A DNA stretch of 64,000 nt from Perkinsela sp. CCAP 1560/9 (Eukaryota > Protista > Euglenozoa: Kinetoplastea). Where the stretch lies: NCBI GenBank assembly GCA_965644495.1, contig CBFFSA010000003.1, forward strand, positions 124,001 through 188,000. The letters are read 5' to 3'. Shown piece after piece: positions 11,401-20,551 of this stretch. Positions within the stretch are counted from its first letter, which is position 1; every line of letters begins with the position of its first letter. Position numbers and translations under genes: made by a program. The notes beneath the pieces were generated by a model. The model was given only the letters and a program-made list of their open reading frames with translations. It was not told the DNA's origin and did no database searches.

Positions 11401-14400
11401 AGATGTAGCAGGTTTCGGTGGAGCGGGTATGAAGTCATCGTCTTCATCATCAAAGCTGAGCTGTGGCTTGGAGGCAACCTTGGATGGGGCAGGAGTGGGT
11501 TTGCTGACCGTCTCTGTTGGCATCGCTGTGCTCGCCCCAGGTTTTGGTACAGATGTAGCAGGTTTCGGTGGAGCGGGTATGAAATCATCGTCCTCATCAT
11601 CATCAAAGCTGAACTGTGGCTTGGAGGCAACCTTGGATGGGGTAGGAGTGGGTTTGCTGACTGTTTCTCCTCGCTTCGTTGTGCTTGCCACAGGCTTTGG
11701 TGCAGACGCAGCAGGTTTCGGTGGAGCGGGTATGAAGTCATCGTCCTCATCATCATCAAAGCTGAGCTGTGGCTTGGAGGCAACCTTGGATGGGATAGGA
11801 GTGGGTTTGCTGACCGTCTCTGTTGACTTCGTTGTGCTTGCTACAGGCTTTGGTGCAGATGCAGCAGGTTTCGGTGGAGCGGGTATGAAGTCATCGTCCT
11901 CATCATCATCAAAGCTGAGCTGTGGCTTGGAGGCAACCTTGGATGGGATAGGAGTGGGTTTGCTGACCGTCTCTGTTGACTTCGTTGTGCTTGCTACAGG
12001 CTTTGGTGCAGATGTAGCAGGTTTCGGTGGAGCGGGTATGAAGTCATCGTCCTGATCATCATCAAAGCTGGACTGTGGCTTGGAGGCAACCTTGGATGGG
12101 ATAGGAGTGGGTTTGCTGACCGTCTCTGTTGACTTCGTTGTGCTTGCTACAGGCTTTGGTGCAGATGTAGCAGGTTTCGGTGGAGCGGGTATGAAGTCAT
12201 CGTCCTCATCATCATCAAAGCTGAGCTGTGGCTTGGAGGCAACCTTGGATGGGATAGGAGTGGGTTTGCTGACCGTCTCTGTTGACTTCGTTGTGCTTGC
12301 TACAGGCTTTGGTGCAGATGCAGCAGGTTTCGGTGGAGCGGGTATGAAGTCATCGTCCTCATCATCATCAAAGCTGAGCTGTGGCTTGGAGGCAACCTTG
12401 GATGGGATAGGAGTGGGTTTGCTGACCGTCTCTGTTGACTTCGTTGTGCTTGCTACAGGCTTTGGTGCAGATGTAGCAGGTTTCGGTGGAGCGGGTATGA
12501 AGTCATCGTCCTGATCATCATCAAAGCTGGACTGTGGCTTGGAGGCAACCTTGGATGGGATAGGAGTGGGTTTGCTGACCGTCTCTGTTGACTTCGTTGT
12601 GCTTGCTACAGGCTTTGGTGCAGATGTAGCAGGTTTCGGTGGAGCGGGTATGAAGTCATCGTCCTCATCATCATCAAAGCTGAACTGTGGCTTGGAGGCA
12701 ACCTTGGATGAGGTAGGAGTGGGTTTGCTGACCGTCTCTGTTGACTTCGTTGTGCTCGCCACAGGCTTTGGTGCAGATGCAACAGGTTTCGGTGGAGCGG
12801 GTATGAAGTCATCGTCTTCATCATCAAAGCTGAACTGTGGTTTGGAGGCAACCTTGGATGAGGTAGGAGTGGGTTTGCTGACCGTCTCTGTTGGCTTCGT
12901 TGTGCTTGCTACAGGCTTTGGTGCAGATGTAGCAGGTTTCGGTGGAGCGGGTATGAAGTCATCGTCCTCATCATCATCAAAGCTGAACTGTGGCTTGGAG
13001 GCAACCTTGGATGGGGCAGGAGCGGGTTTGCTGACCGACCCTGTTGGCTTCGTTGTGCTTGCCACAGGCTTTGGTGCAGATGTAGCAGGTTTCGGTGGAG
13101 CGGGTATGAAATCATCGTCCTCATCATCATCAAAGCTGAGCTGTGGCTTGGAGGCAACCTTGGATGAGGTAGGAGTGGGTTTGCTGACCGTCTCTGTTGG
13201 CTTTGCTGTGCTCGCCACAGGCTTTGGTGCAGATGCAACAGGTTTCGGTGGAGCGGGTATGAAGTCATCGTCTTCATCATCAAAGCTGAACTGTGGCTTG
13301 GAGGCAACCTTGGATGGGGTAGGAGTGGGTTTGCTGACCGTCTCTGTTGACTTCGTTGTGCTCGCCACAGGTTTTGGTACAGATGCAGCAGGTTTCGGTG
13401 GAGCGGGTATGAAATCATCGTCCTCATCATCATCAAAGCTGAACTGTGGTTTGGAGGCAACCTTGGATGGGATAGGAGTGGGTTTGCTGACCGTCTCTGT
13501 TGGCTTCGTTGTGCTTGCTACAGGTTTTAGTGCAGATGCAACAGGTTTCGGTGGAGCGGGTATGAAGTCATCGTCCTCATCATCATCAAAGCTGAACTGT
13601 GGCTTGGAGGCAACCTTGGATGAGGTAGGAGTGGGTTTGCTGACCGTCTCTGTTGGCTTCGTTGTGCTTGCCACAGGTTTTGGTGCAGATGCAGCAGGTT
13701 TCGGTGGAGCGGGTATGAAGTCATCGTCCTCATCATCACCAAAGCTGAACTGTGGCTTGGAGGCAACCTTGGATGGGATAGGAGTGGGTTTGCTGACCGT
13801 CTCTGTTGGCTTCGTTGTGCTTGCCACAGGTTTTGGTGCAGATGCAGCAGGTTTCGGTGGAGCGGGTATGAAGTCATCGTCCTCATCATCACCAAAGCTG
13901 AACTGTGGCTTGGAGGCAACCTTGGATGGGATAGGAGTGGGTTTGCTGACCGTCTCTGTTGACTTCGTTGTGCTCGCCACAGGCTTTGGTGCAGATGCAA
14001 CAGGTTTCGGTGGAGCGGGTATGAAGTCATCGTCTTCATCATCAAAGCTGAACTGTGGTTTGGAGGCAACCTTGGATGAGGTAGGAGTGGCTTTGCTGAC
14101 CGTCTCTGTTGGCTTCGTTGTGCTTGCTACAGGCTTTGGTGCAGATGTAGCAGGTTTCGGTGGAGCGGGTATGAAGTCATCGTCCTCATCATCATCAAAG
14201 CTGAACTGTGGCTTGGAGGCAACCTTGGATGGGGCAGGAGCGGGTTTGCTGACCGACCCTGTTGGCTTCGTTGTGCTTGCCACAGGCTTTGGTGCAGATG
14301 TAGCAGGTTTCGGTGGAGCGGGTATGAAATCATCGTCCTCATCATCATCAAAGCTGAGCTGTGGCTTGGAGGCAACCTTGGATGAGGTAGGAGTGGGTTT

Positions 14401-17400
14401 GCTGACCGTCTCTGTTGGCTTTGCTGTGCTCGCCACAGGCTTTGGTGCAGATGCAACAGGTTTCGGTGGAGCGGGTATGAAGTCATCGTCTTCATCATCA
14501 AAGCTGAACTGTGGCTTGGAGGCAACCTTGGATGGGGTAGGAGTGGGTTTGCTGACCGTCTCTGTTGACTTCGTTGTGCTCGCCACAGGTTTTGGTACAG
14601 ATGCAGCAGGTTTCGGTGGAGCGGGTATGAAATCATCGTCCTCATCATCATCAAAGCTGAACTGTGGTTTGGAGGCAACCTTGGATGGGATAGGAGTGGG
14701 TTTGCTGACCGTCTCTGTTGGCTTCGTTGTGCTTGCTACAGGTTTTAGTGCAGATGCAACAGGTTTCGGTGGAGCGGGTATGAAGTCATCGTCCTCATCA
14801 TCATCAAAGCTGAACTGTGGCTTGGAGGCAACCTTGGATGAGGTAGGAGTGGGTTTGCTGACCGTCTCTGTTGGCTTCGTTGTGCTTGCCACAGGTTTTG
14901 GTGCAGATGCAGCAGGTTTCGGTGGAGCGGGTATGAAGTCATCGTCCTCATCATCACCAAAGCTGAACTGTGGCTTGGAGGCAACCTTGGATGGGATAGG
15001 AGTGGGTTTGCTGACCGTCTCTGTTGGCTTCGTTGTGCTTGCCACAGGTTTTGGTGCAGATGCAGCAGGTTTCGGTGGAGCGGGTATGAAGTCATCGTCC
15101 TCATCATCACCAAAGCTGAACTGTGGCTTGGAGGCAACCTTGGATGGGATAGGAGTGGGTTTGCTGACCGTCTCCGTTGACTTCGTTGTGCTTGCTACAG
15201 GCTTTGGTGCAGATGTAGCAGGTTTCGGTGGAGCGGGTATGAAATCATCGTCCTCATCATTATCAAAGCTGAACTGTGGCTTGGAGGCAACCTTGGATGG
15301 GGCAGGAGTGGGTTTGCTGACCGTCTCTGTTGACTTCGTTGTGCTTGCTACAGGCTTAAAGGCTACAGGTGCAGATGTAGCTGGTTTCGGTGGAGCGGGT
15401 ATGAAATCATCGTCCTCATCATCATCAAAGCTGAACTGTGGTTTGGAGGCAACCTTGGATGGGATAGGAGTGGGTTTGCTGACCGTCTCTGTTGGCTTCG
15501 TTGTGCTTGCCACAGGTTTTGGTGCAGATGCAGCAGGTTTCGGTGGAGCGGGTATGAAGTCATCGTCCTCATCATCACCAAAGCTGAACTGTGGCTTGGA
15601 GGCAACCTTGGATGGGATAGGAGTGGGTTTGCTGACCGTCTCCGTTGACTTCGTTGTGCTTGCTACAGGCTTTGGTGCAGATGTAGCAGGTTTCGGTGGA
15701 GCGGGTATGAAGTCATCGTCCTCATCATCATCAAAGCTGAACTGTGGCTTGGAGGCAACCTTGGATGGGGTAGGAGTGGGTTTGCTGACCGTCTCTGTTG
15801 ACTTCGTTGTGCTTGCTACAGGCTTTGGTGCAGATGTAGCAGGTTTCGGTGGAGCGGGTATGAAATCATCGTCCTCATCATCATCAAAGCTGAACTGTGG
15901 TTTGGAGGCAACCTTGGATGGGATAGGAGTGGGTTTGCTGACCGTCTCTGTTGGCTTCGTTGTGCTTGCCACAGGTTTTGCTGCAGATGCAACAGGTTTC
16001 GGTGGAGCGGGTATGAAGTCATCGTCCTCATCATCAACGCTGAACTGTGGCTTGGAGGCAACCTTGGATGGGATAGGAGTGGGTTTGCTGACCGTCTCTG
16101 TTGGCTTCGTTGTGCTTGCCACAGGTTTTGGTGCAGATGCAGCAGGTTTCGGTGGAGCGGGTATGAAGTCATCGTCCTCATCATCACCAAAGCTGAACTG
16201 TGGCTTGGAGGCAACCTTGGATGGGATAGGAGTGGGTTTGCTGACCGTCTCCGTTGACTTCGTTGTGCTTGCTACAGGCTTTGGTGCAGATGTAGCAGGT
16301 TTCGGTGGAGCGGGTATGAAATCATCGTCCTCATCATTATCAAAGCTGAACTGTGGCTTGGAGGCAACCTTGGATGGGGCAGGAGTGGGTTTGCTGACCG
16401 TCTCTGTTGACTTCGTTGTGCTTGCTACAGGCTTAAAGGCTACAGGTGCAGATGTAGCTGGTTTCGGTGGAGCGGGTATGAAATCATCGTCCTCATCATC
16501 ATCAAAGCTGAACTGTGGTTTGGAGGCAACCTTGGATGGGATAGGAGTGGGTTTGCTGACCGTCTCTGTTGGCTTCGTTGTGCTTGCCACAGGTTTTGGT
16601 GCAGATGCAGCAGGTTTCGGTGGAGCGGGTATGAAGTCATCGTCCTCATCATCACCAAAGCTGAACTGTGGCTTGGAGGCAACCTTGGATGGGGCAGGAG
16701 TGGGTTTGCTGACCGTCTCTGTTGACTTCGTTGTGCTTGCTACAGGCTTAAAGGCTACAGGTGCAGATGTAGCTGGTTTCGGTGGAGCGGGTATGAAATC
16801 ATCGTCCTCATCATCATCAAAGCTGAACTGTGGTTTGGAGGCAACCTTGGATGGGATACGAGTGGGTTTGCTGACCGTCTCTGTTGGCTTCGTTGTGCTT
16901 GCCACAGGTTTTGGTGCAGATGCAGCAGGTTTCGGTGGAGCGGGTATGAAGTCATCGTCCTCATCATCACCAAAGCTGAACTGTGGCTTGGAGGCAACCT
17001 TGGATGGGATAGGAGTGGGTTTGCTGACCGTCTCCGTTGACTTCGTTGTGCTTGCTACAGGCTTTGGTGCAGATGTAGCAGGTTTCGGTGGAGCGGGTAT
17101 GAAATCATCGTCCTCATCATTATCAAAGCTGAACTGTGGCTTGGAGGCAACCTTGGATGGGGCAGGAGTGGGTTTGCTGACCGTCTCTGTTGACTTCGTT
17201 GTGCTTGCTACAGGCTTAAAGGCTACAGGTGCAGATGTAGCTGGTTTCGGTGGAGCGGGTATGAAATCATCGTCCTCATCATCATCAAAGCTGAACTGTG
17301 GTTTGGAGGCAACCTTGGATGGGATAGGAGTGGGTTTGCTGACCGTCTCTGTTGGCTTCGTTGTGCTTGCCACAGGTTTTGGTGCAGATGCAGCAGGTTT

Positions 17401-19998
17401 CGGTGGAGCGGGTATGAAGTCATCGTCCTCATCATCACCAAAGCTGAACTGTGGCTTGGAGGCAACCTTGGATGGGGCAGGAGTGGGTTTGCTGACCGTC
17501 TCTGTTGACTTCGTTGTGCTTGCTACAGGCTTTGGTGCAGATGTAGCAGGTTTCGGTGGAGCGGGTATGAAATCATCGTCCTCATCATTATCAAAGCTGA
17601 ACTGTGGCTTGGAGGCAACCTTGGATGGGGCAGGAGTGGGTTTGCTGACCGTCTCTGTTGACTTCGTTGTGCTTGCTACAGGCTTAAAGGCTACAGGTGC
17701 AGATGTAGCTGGTTTCGGTGGAGCGGGTATGAAATCATCGTCCTCATCATCATCAAAGCTGAACTGTGGTTTGGAGGCAACCTTGGATGGGATAGGAGTG
17801 GGTTTGCTGACCGTCTCTGTTGGCTTCGTTGTGCTTGCCACAGGTTTTGCTGCAGATGCAGCAGGTTTCGGTGGAGCGGGTATGAAGTCATCGTCCTCAT
17901 CATCACCAAAGCTGAACTGTGGCTTGGAGGCAACCTTGGATGGGATAGGAGTGGGTTTGCTGACCGTCTCTGTTGGCTTCGTTGTGCTTGCCACAGGTTT
18001 TGCTGCAGATGCAGCAGGTTTCGGTGGAGCGGGTATGAAGTCATCGTCCTCATCATCACCAAAGCTGAACTGTGGCTTGGAGGCAACCTTGGATGGGATA
18101 GGAGTGGGTTTGCTGACCGTCTCCGTTGACTTCGTTGTGCTTGCTACAGGCTTTGGTGCAGATGTAGCAGGTTTCGGTGGAGCGGGTATGAAATCATCGT
18201 CCTCATCATCATCAAAGCTGAACTGTGGTTTGGAGGCAACCTTGGATGGGATAGGAGTGGGTTTGCTGACCGTCTCTGTTGGCTTCGTTGTGCTTGCCAC
18301 AGGTTTTGCTGCAGATGCAACAGGTTTCGGTGGAGCGGGTATGAAGTCATCGTCCTCATCATCATCAAAGCTGAACTGTGGCTTGGAGGCAACCTTGGAT
18401 GAGGTAGGAGTGGGTTTGCTGACCGTCTCTGTTGACTTCGTTGTGCTTACCACAGGCTTTGGTGCAGATGTAGCAGGTTTCGGTGGAGCGGGTATGAAAT
18501 CATCGTCCTCATCATCATCAAAGCTGAGCTGTGGCTTGGAGGCAACCTTGGATGGGGTAGGAGTGGGTTTGCTGACCGTCTCTGTTGACTTCGTTGTGCT
18601 TGCCACAGGCTTTGGTGCAGATGTAGCAGGTTTCGGTGGAGCGGGTATGAAGTCATCGTCCTCATCATCATCAAAGCTGAACTGTGGCTTGGAGGCAACC
18701 TTGGATGGGGTAGGAGTGGGTTTGCTGACCGTCTCTGTTGACTTCGTTGTGCTTGCTACAGGCTTTGGTGCAGATGTAGCAGGTTTCGGTGGAGCGGGTA
18801 TGAAATCATCGTCTTCATCATCAAAGCTGAGCTGTGGCTTGGAGGTATCGTTGGCATGTGATGTACGTAATTCATGGTTTGGATTCAGTTCATTAGCTGC
18901 TGGCTGAGGTTTTTGAAGACAGACACGCGTGTGTTGGAATGCTGCTGTATGATTCGAGTGAGCTGCTTTTGAAGGAGGTGTAGTGATGTCGTTGGATTCG
19001 GGAACCATTTTCAGCTTGTTGCGTAGCGTGGATCTGGTTGAGGTATGTAATTCATGGACAGAAGAATGGCTAGGTGATAGAGATTCTGTTTGAATGTCTG
19101 TGTTTGCGTTTGTGAGATCGTTGTGAAGGGCCTCATATAGTATGTGTTCCACGTTGATGCGTTGAATATGTGATATCTCGGCAATGTTCTCTGCGTTCCA
19201 GGTCTTTGGTGGTGTATTTAGAACGAGATTAATGCGCCTCTCGATCAGTTCCAGAGTTTGAAGTAATTGTCCTAACCTGTTGCGTATACTTGTATTTCTT
19301 GCAAAAATATGGTTGTCGTCCTTGTAGAAAGAAAGATTGCATTGTATTTCATTTTTGCCGCGATGGGCTGTCACGTGTTCTGAGGAAGAGATGAAGAGAC
19401 TGGATGCTTCCAGCAAATCGCTATCAGTTAGTACCCCAGGAGAAGCGGCAGGTTTGCCTGCTATGCGTTCGAGATAGAGTGAACGCTCTTTAATCAGTTT
19501 GTTTACAATACGTAAAGGAGAATTGCTGCGCTCCGTAAATTTGTGATTGTATGGGGATATACCTGCAGGGTTGACACTGCGAGCTGAACACGTAGGACAA
19601 TTTTTATCGTTGAACCGGTCTCTTGGAGATGCGTGATAACGATGACCGTGAATACATGTCCACCACTTTAGACTTCTATCGTTGGCATCTAGTTCGAAGA
19701 AACCGTTGACACTTATGTGAGAATCTTCAGCACCACATTTCTTTTGCACCGCTTCAGAGAAACGCTCATTTCCGCGATATTCGCACTCTAGATCAGGCCG
19801 AACAACAGAGAGACGGATCTGCGGTTCTTTGTCACTGACTTCAGCGGTAAGCTTGTCAATCGTTGCTGAAGCACATGTTTTGATACTGTATTTACAACGT
19901 GTTTGCATTCCATAAGGGAGCGGGACACCAAATGTCCTACATGGTCTGCAAGCCAGAAGTGTCTGTAACTTAAAAGAGAATCTCTTTCCAGCGTACAT
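8476..19998 (-). CDS. Giant (3840 aa) repeat protein: presequence-like N-terminus, zinc-ribbon (DUF4379-like) domain, ~52 acidic/Pro-Thr-Lys repeats, basic C-terminal repeats
   Basis: 11.5-kb uninterrupted ORF; LSVVRPDL...KWWTCIHGHRYHASPRDR...CPTC zinc-ribbon pattern; all repeat indels seen are in frame. Confidence 0.85.
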   Translation of the reverse strand: MYAGKRFSFKLQTLLACRPCRTFGVPLPYGMQTRCKYSIKTCASATIDKLTAEVSDKEPQIRLSVVRPDLECEYRGNERFSEAVQKKCGAEDSHISVNGFFELDANDRSLKWWTCIHGHRYHASPRDRFNDKNCPTCSARSVNPAGISPYNHKFTERSNSPLRIVNKLIKERSLYLERIAGKPAASPGVLTDSDLLEASSLFISSSEHVTAHRGKNEIQCNLSFYKDDNHIFARNTSIRNRLGQLLQTLELIERRINLVLNTPPKTWNAENIAEISHIQRINVEHILYEALHNDLTNANTDIQTESLSPSHSSVHELHTSTRSTLRNKLKMVPESNDITTPPSKAAHSNHTAAFQHTRVCLQKPQPAANELNPNHELRTSHANDTSKPQLSFDDEDDDFIPAPPKPATSAPKPVASTTKSTETVSKPTPTPSKVASKPQFSFDDDEDDDFIPAPPKPATSAPKPVASTTKSTETVSKPTPTPSKVASKPQLSFDDDEDDDFIPAPPKPATSAPKPVVSTTKSTETVSKPTPTSSKVASKPQFSFDDDEDDDFIPAPPKPVASAAKPVASTTKPTETVSKPTPIPSKVASKPQFSFDDDEDDDFIPAPPKPATSAPKPVASTTKSTETVSKPTPIPSKVASKPQFSFGDDEDDDFIPAPPKPAASAAKPVASTTKPTETVSKPTPIPSKVASKPQFSFGDDEDDDFIPAPPKPAASAAKPVASTTKPTETVSKPTPIPSKVASKPQFSFDDDEDDDFIPAPPKPATSAPVAFKPVASTTKSTETVSKPTPAPSKVASKPQFSFDNDEDDDFIPAPPKPATSAPKPVASTTKSTETVSKPTPAPSKVASKPQFSFGDDEDDDFIPAPPKPAASAPKPVASTTKPTETVSKPTPIPSKVASKPQFSFDDDEDDDFIPAPPKPATSAPVAFKPVASTTKSTETVSKPTPAPSKVASKPQFSFDNDEDDDFIPAPPKPATSAPKPVASTTKSTETVSKPTPIPSKVASKPQFSFGDDEDDDFIPAPPKPAASAPKPVASTTKPTETVSKPTRIPSKVASKPQFSFDDDEDDDFIPAPPKPATSAPVAFKPVASTTKSTETVSKPTPAPSKVASKPQFSFGDDEDDDFIPAPPKPAASAPKPVASTTKPTETVSKPTPIPSKVASKPQFSFDDDEDDDFIPAPPKPATSAPVAFKPVASTTKSTETVSKPTPAPSKVASKPQFSFDNDEDDDFIPAPPKPATSAPKPVASTTKSTETVSKPTPIPSKVASKPQFSFGDDEDDDFIPAPPKPAASAPKPVASTTKPTETVSKPTPIPSKVASKPQFSVDDEDDDFIPAPPKPVASAAKPVASTTKPTETVSKPTPIPSKVASKPQFSFDDDEDDDFIPAPPKPATSAPKPVASTTKSTETVSKPTPTPSKVASKPQFSFDDDEDDDFIPAPPKPATSAPKPVASTTKSTETVSKPTPIPSKVASKPQFSFGDDEDDDFIPAPPKPAASAPKPVASTTKPTETVSKPTPIPSKVASKPQFSFDDDEDDDFIPAPPKPATSAPVAFKPVASTTKSTETVSKPTPAPSKVASKPQFSFDNDEDDDFIPAPPKPATSAPKPVASTTKSTETVSKPTPIPSKVASKPQFSFGDDEDDDFIPAPPKPAASAPKPVASTTKPTETVSKPTPIPSKVASKPQFSFGDDEDDDFIPAPPKPAASAPKPVASTTKPTETVSKPTPTSSKVASKPQFSFDDDEDDDFIPAPPKPVASALKPVASTTKPTETVSKPTPIPSKVASKPQFSFDDDEDDDFIPAPPKPAASVPKPVASTTKSTETVSKPTPTPSKVASKPQFSFDDEDDDFIPAPPKPVASAPKPVASTAKPTETVSKPTPTSSKVASKPQLSFDDDEDDDFIPAPPKPATSAPKPVASTTKPTGSVSKPAPAPSKVASKPQFSFDDDEDDDFIPAPPKPATSAPKPVASTTKPTETVSKATPTSSKVASKPQFSFDDEDDDFIPAPPKPVASAPKPVASTTKSTETVSKPTPIPSKVASKPQFSFGDDEDDDFIPAPPKPAASAPKPVASTTKPTETVSKPTPIPSKVASKPQFSFGDDEDDDFIPAPPKPAASAPKPVASTTKPTETVSKPTPTSSKVASKPQFSFDDDEDDDFIPAPPKPVASALKPVASTTKPTETVSKPTPIPSKVASKPQFSFDDDEDDDFIPAPPKPAASVPKPVASTTKSTETVSKPTPTPSKVASKPQFSFDDEDDDFIPAPPKPVASAPKPVASTAKPTETVSKPTPTSSKVASKPQLSFDDDEDDDFIPAPPKPATSAPKPVASTTKPTGSVSKPAPAPSKVASKPQFSFDDDEDDDFIPAPPKPATSAPKPVASTTKPTETVSKPTPTSSKVASKPQFSFDDEDDDFIPAPPKPVASAPKPVASTTKSTETVSKPTPTSSKVASKPQFSFDDDEDDDFIPAPPKPATSAPKPVASTTKSTETVSKPTPIPSKVASKPQSSFDDDQDDDFIPAPPKPATSAPKPVASTTKSTETVSKPTPIPSKVASKPQLSFDDDEDDDFIPAPPKPAASAPKPVASTTKSTETVSKPTPIPSKVASKPQLSFDDDEDDDFIPAPPKPATSAPKPVASTTKSTETVSKPTPIPSKVASKPQSSFDDDQDDDFIPAPPKPATSAPKPVASTTKSTETVSKPTPIPSKVASKPQLSFDDDEDDDFIPAPPKPAASAPKPVASTTKSTETVSKPTPIPSKVASKPQLSFDDDEDDDFIPAPPKPAASAPKPVASTTKRGETVSKPTPTPSKVASKPQFSFDDDEDDDFIPAPPKPATSVPKPGASTAMPTETVSKPTPAPSKVASKPQLSFDDEDDDFIPAPPKPATSAPKPVASTTKSTETVSKPTPTPSKVASKPQFNFDDDEDDDFIPAPPKPATSVPKPGASTAMPTETVSKPTPTSSKVASKPQLSFDDEDDDFIPAPPKPSVSVPKPVASTRKPGETVSKPTPTPSKVASKPQFNFDDDEDDDFIPAPPKPAASAPKPVASTTKPTGSVSKPTPTPSKVVSMVESVEVDLDDEPQSLSLDSSGSTKLTCQSERVKSHPPGTISDNVLPVLETSSGDTTLGVAAKEKSETDTGKRAVVDSRSVEVENVREKSANESNGNPNCENLLIVLTALLGNKNTSLSDVEKSEICRVLTLVLGVSLIAGSSTRGSLLKHMHVPKLFEIFRKCNVACTSEVSSLIQMVSLLYTGAKHSRKKGNVKTVSKAPRKKYLANEQNVPKSGMGEKLNVKQIVARGTLRSTKSDGIPRTSSRVDRRQSKAKPLPHGLTESRGISRTSYRVDRNHTKAKSIPHRKSVTLSTSVPRNEVGKICKKKYVGLSEKGEEKSPLRSFISPIAGLLPLRLKQKSKISSSNSPGSSKYQKVASIQPQRKEFYPKMQSFSRARGSDIGTKNRQFSTGPQKRESYSKVQNFASPAQSQIGIESRQPSIRPQKKAFYPEVQNFAIPRQTQIGAEHKQSSTQPQKKESYSKMQNSALSRQSLIGIENRQSSTRPQKRESYSKVKNFASPAQSQIGTRNKKASARPQRKEFYPMMQSFPRARELHIGTEDRQSNIRPQKKAFYSEVQNLAMLRQSQIGTKHKKASAQPLKKESYSKMQNSALSRQSLTGIEKRQSRTRPQKRKSYSKVQNYTSSRQSHIGIKEKTIGNALLRKRDVLEPGPFSFGNSESHKAIKENLRISGKQKQSTAQRSFLRPNETVGKSRQILSSRVSGKTDVTSPHRLQIVESNVQKGLSSKSRDPKIDSRKESRRISHKILVQHESLSRNPERRIPVFTNHSTRKLCKEKTVNYRHKTPTCMHDLSFD
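8960..9785 (-). repeat. Nine degenerate 93-bp (31-aa) basic repeats, consensus ~PQKRESYSKVQNFASPRQSQIGxxxRQSSTR
   Basis: Nine PQ[KR][KR][EA][SF]Y-like starts at 31-aa spacing in the translation. Confidence 0.85.
10868..18845 (-). repeat. Coding tandem array of ~52 units of 153 bp (variants of 150 and 162 bp): KPQFSFDDDEDDDFIPAPPKPATSAPKPVASTTKSTETVSKPTPTPSKVAS
   Basis: Directly visible near-identical repeats; ~7.98 kb divided by 153 bp. Confidence 0.98.
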
Positions 19999-20551
19999 TT
20001 GCCCTCCAGTACTATATCGAAATAGAACTTAGAAGATATGGAAACAGAAGACTTCTGGAAACTTATTAAAAACGTGCATAGTATTCAGTATTTTTCAGAT
20101 TTCATGTAACTCAAATGTTGAGTACAGGTATTCTCCACCGGAAAGAAAAGATAAAAGGCAACGGGATTATTACACTTATCTTACAGTGTAAATATTTTAA
20201 CCTTTTGAACTAACGCTCTACAGCTAAAATTGCACAGAATTCCACCATTAAGTAAGGTGTTAAGGACAGGTGGCAAAAAGTTCATGGTGAAGGGATTATT
20301 TTTCTAACACTTATTTCACATATTGACAATACTAAATAAAAAAGTAGCTTCTGATAATATAAAAAGATTCAAAAACTTTCTCAAAAGACGAGATTCGAGG
20401 TGGTATCTTTTGCTCGTGTACCAATGTATCGAAAAATGGAAATCTATCGTACTGTATGAAACGGACCTACCTGAGGGCTCCATATACATGTAGAATCTAA
20501 CTGTTTTGTAGCATTATGGATTCACTAAAACCGTTCTTCGCCAGAACTAGT

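Noticed and set aside
10868-18845. CRISPR-like or non-coding satellite interpretation of the array
   Set aside because: No unique spacers; units are contiguous, codon-phased and inside one ORF.
10874-18907. Very long plus-strand ORFs (393, 144 and 2122 aa) antisense to the repeat array
   Set aside because: By-product of a tandem unit with no stop in that frame; it is broken by TGA wherever the sense E>Q variant occurs, does not extend meaningfully beyond the array, and is opposite to the cluster orientation.
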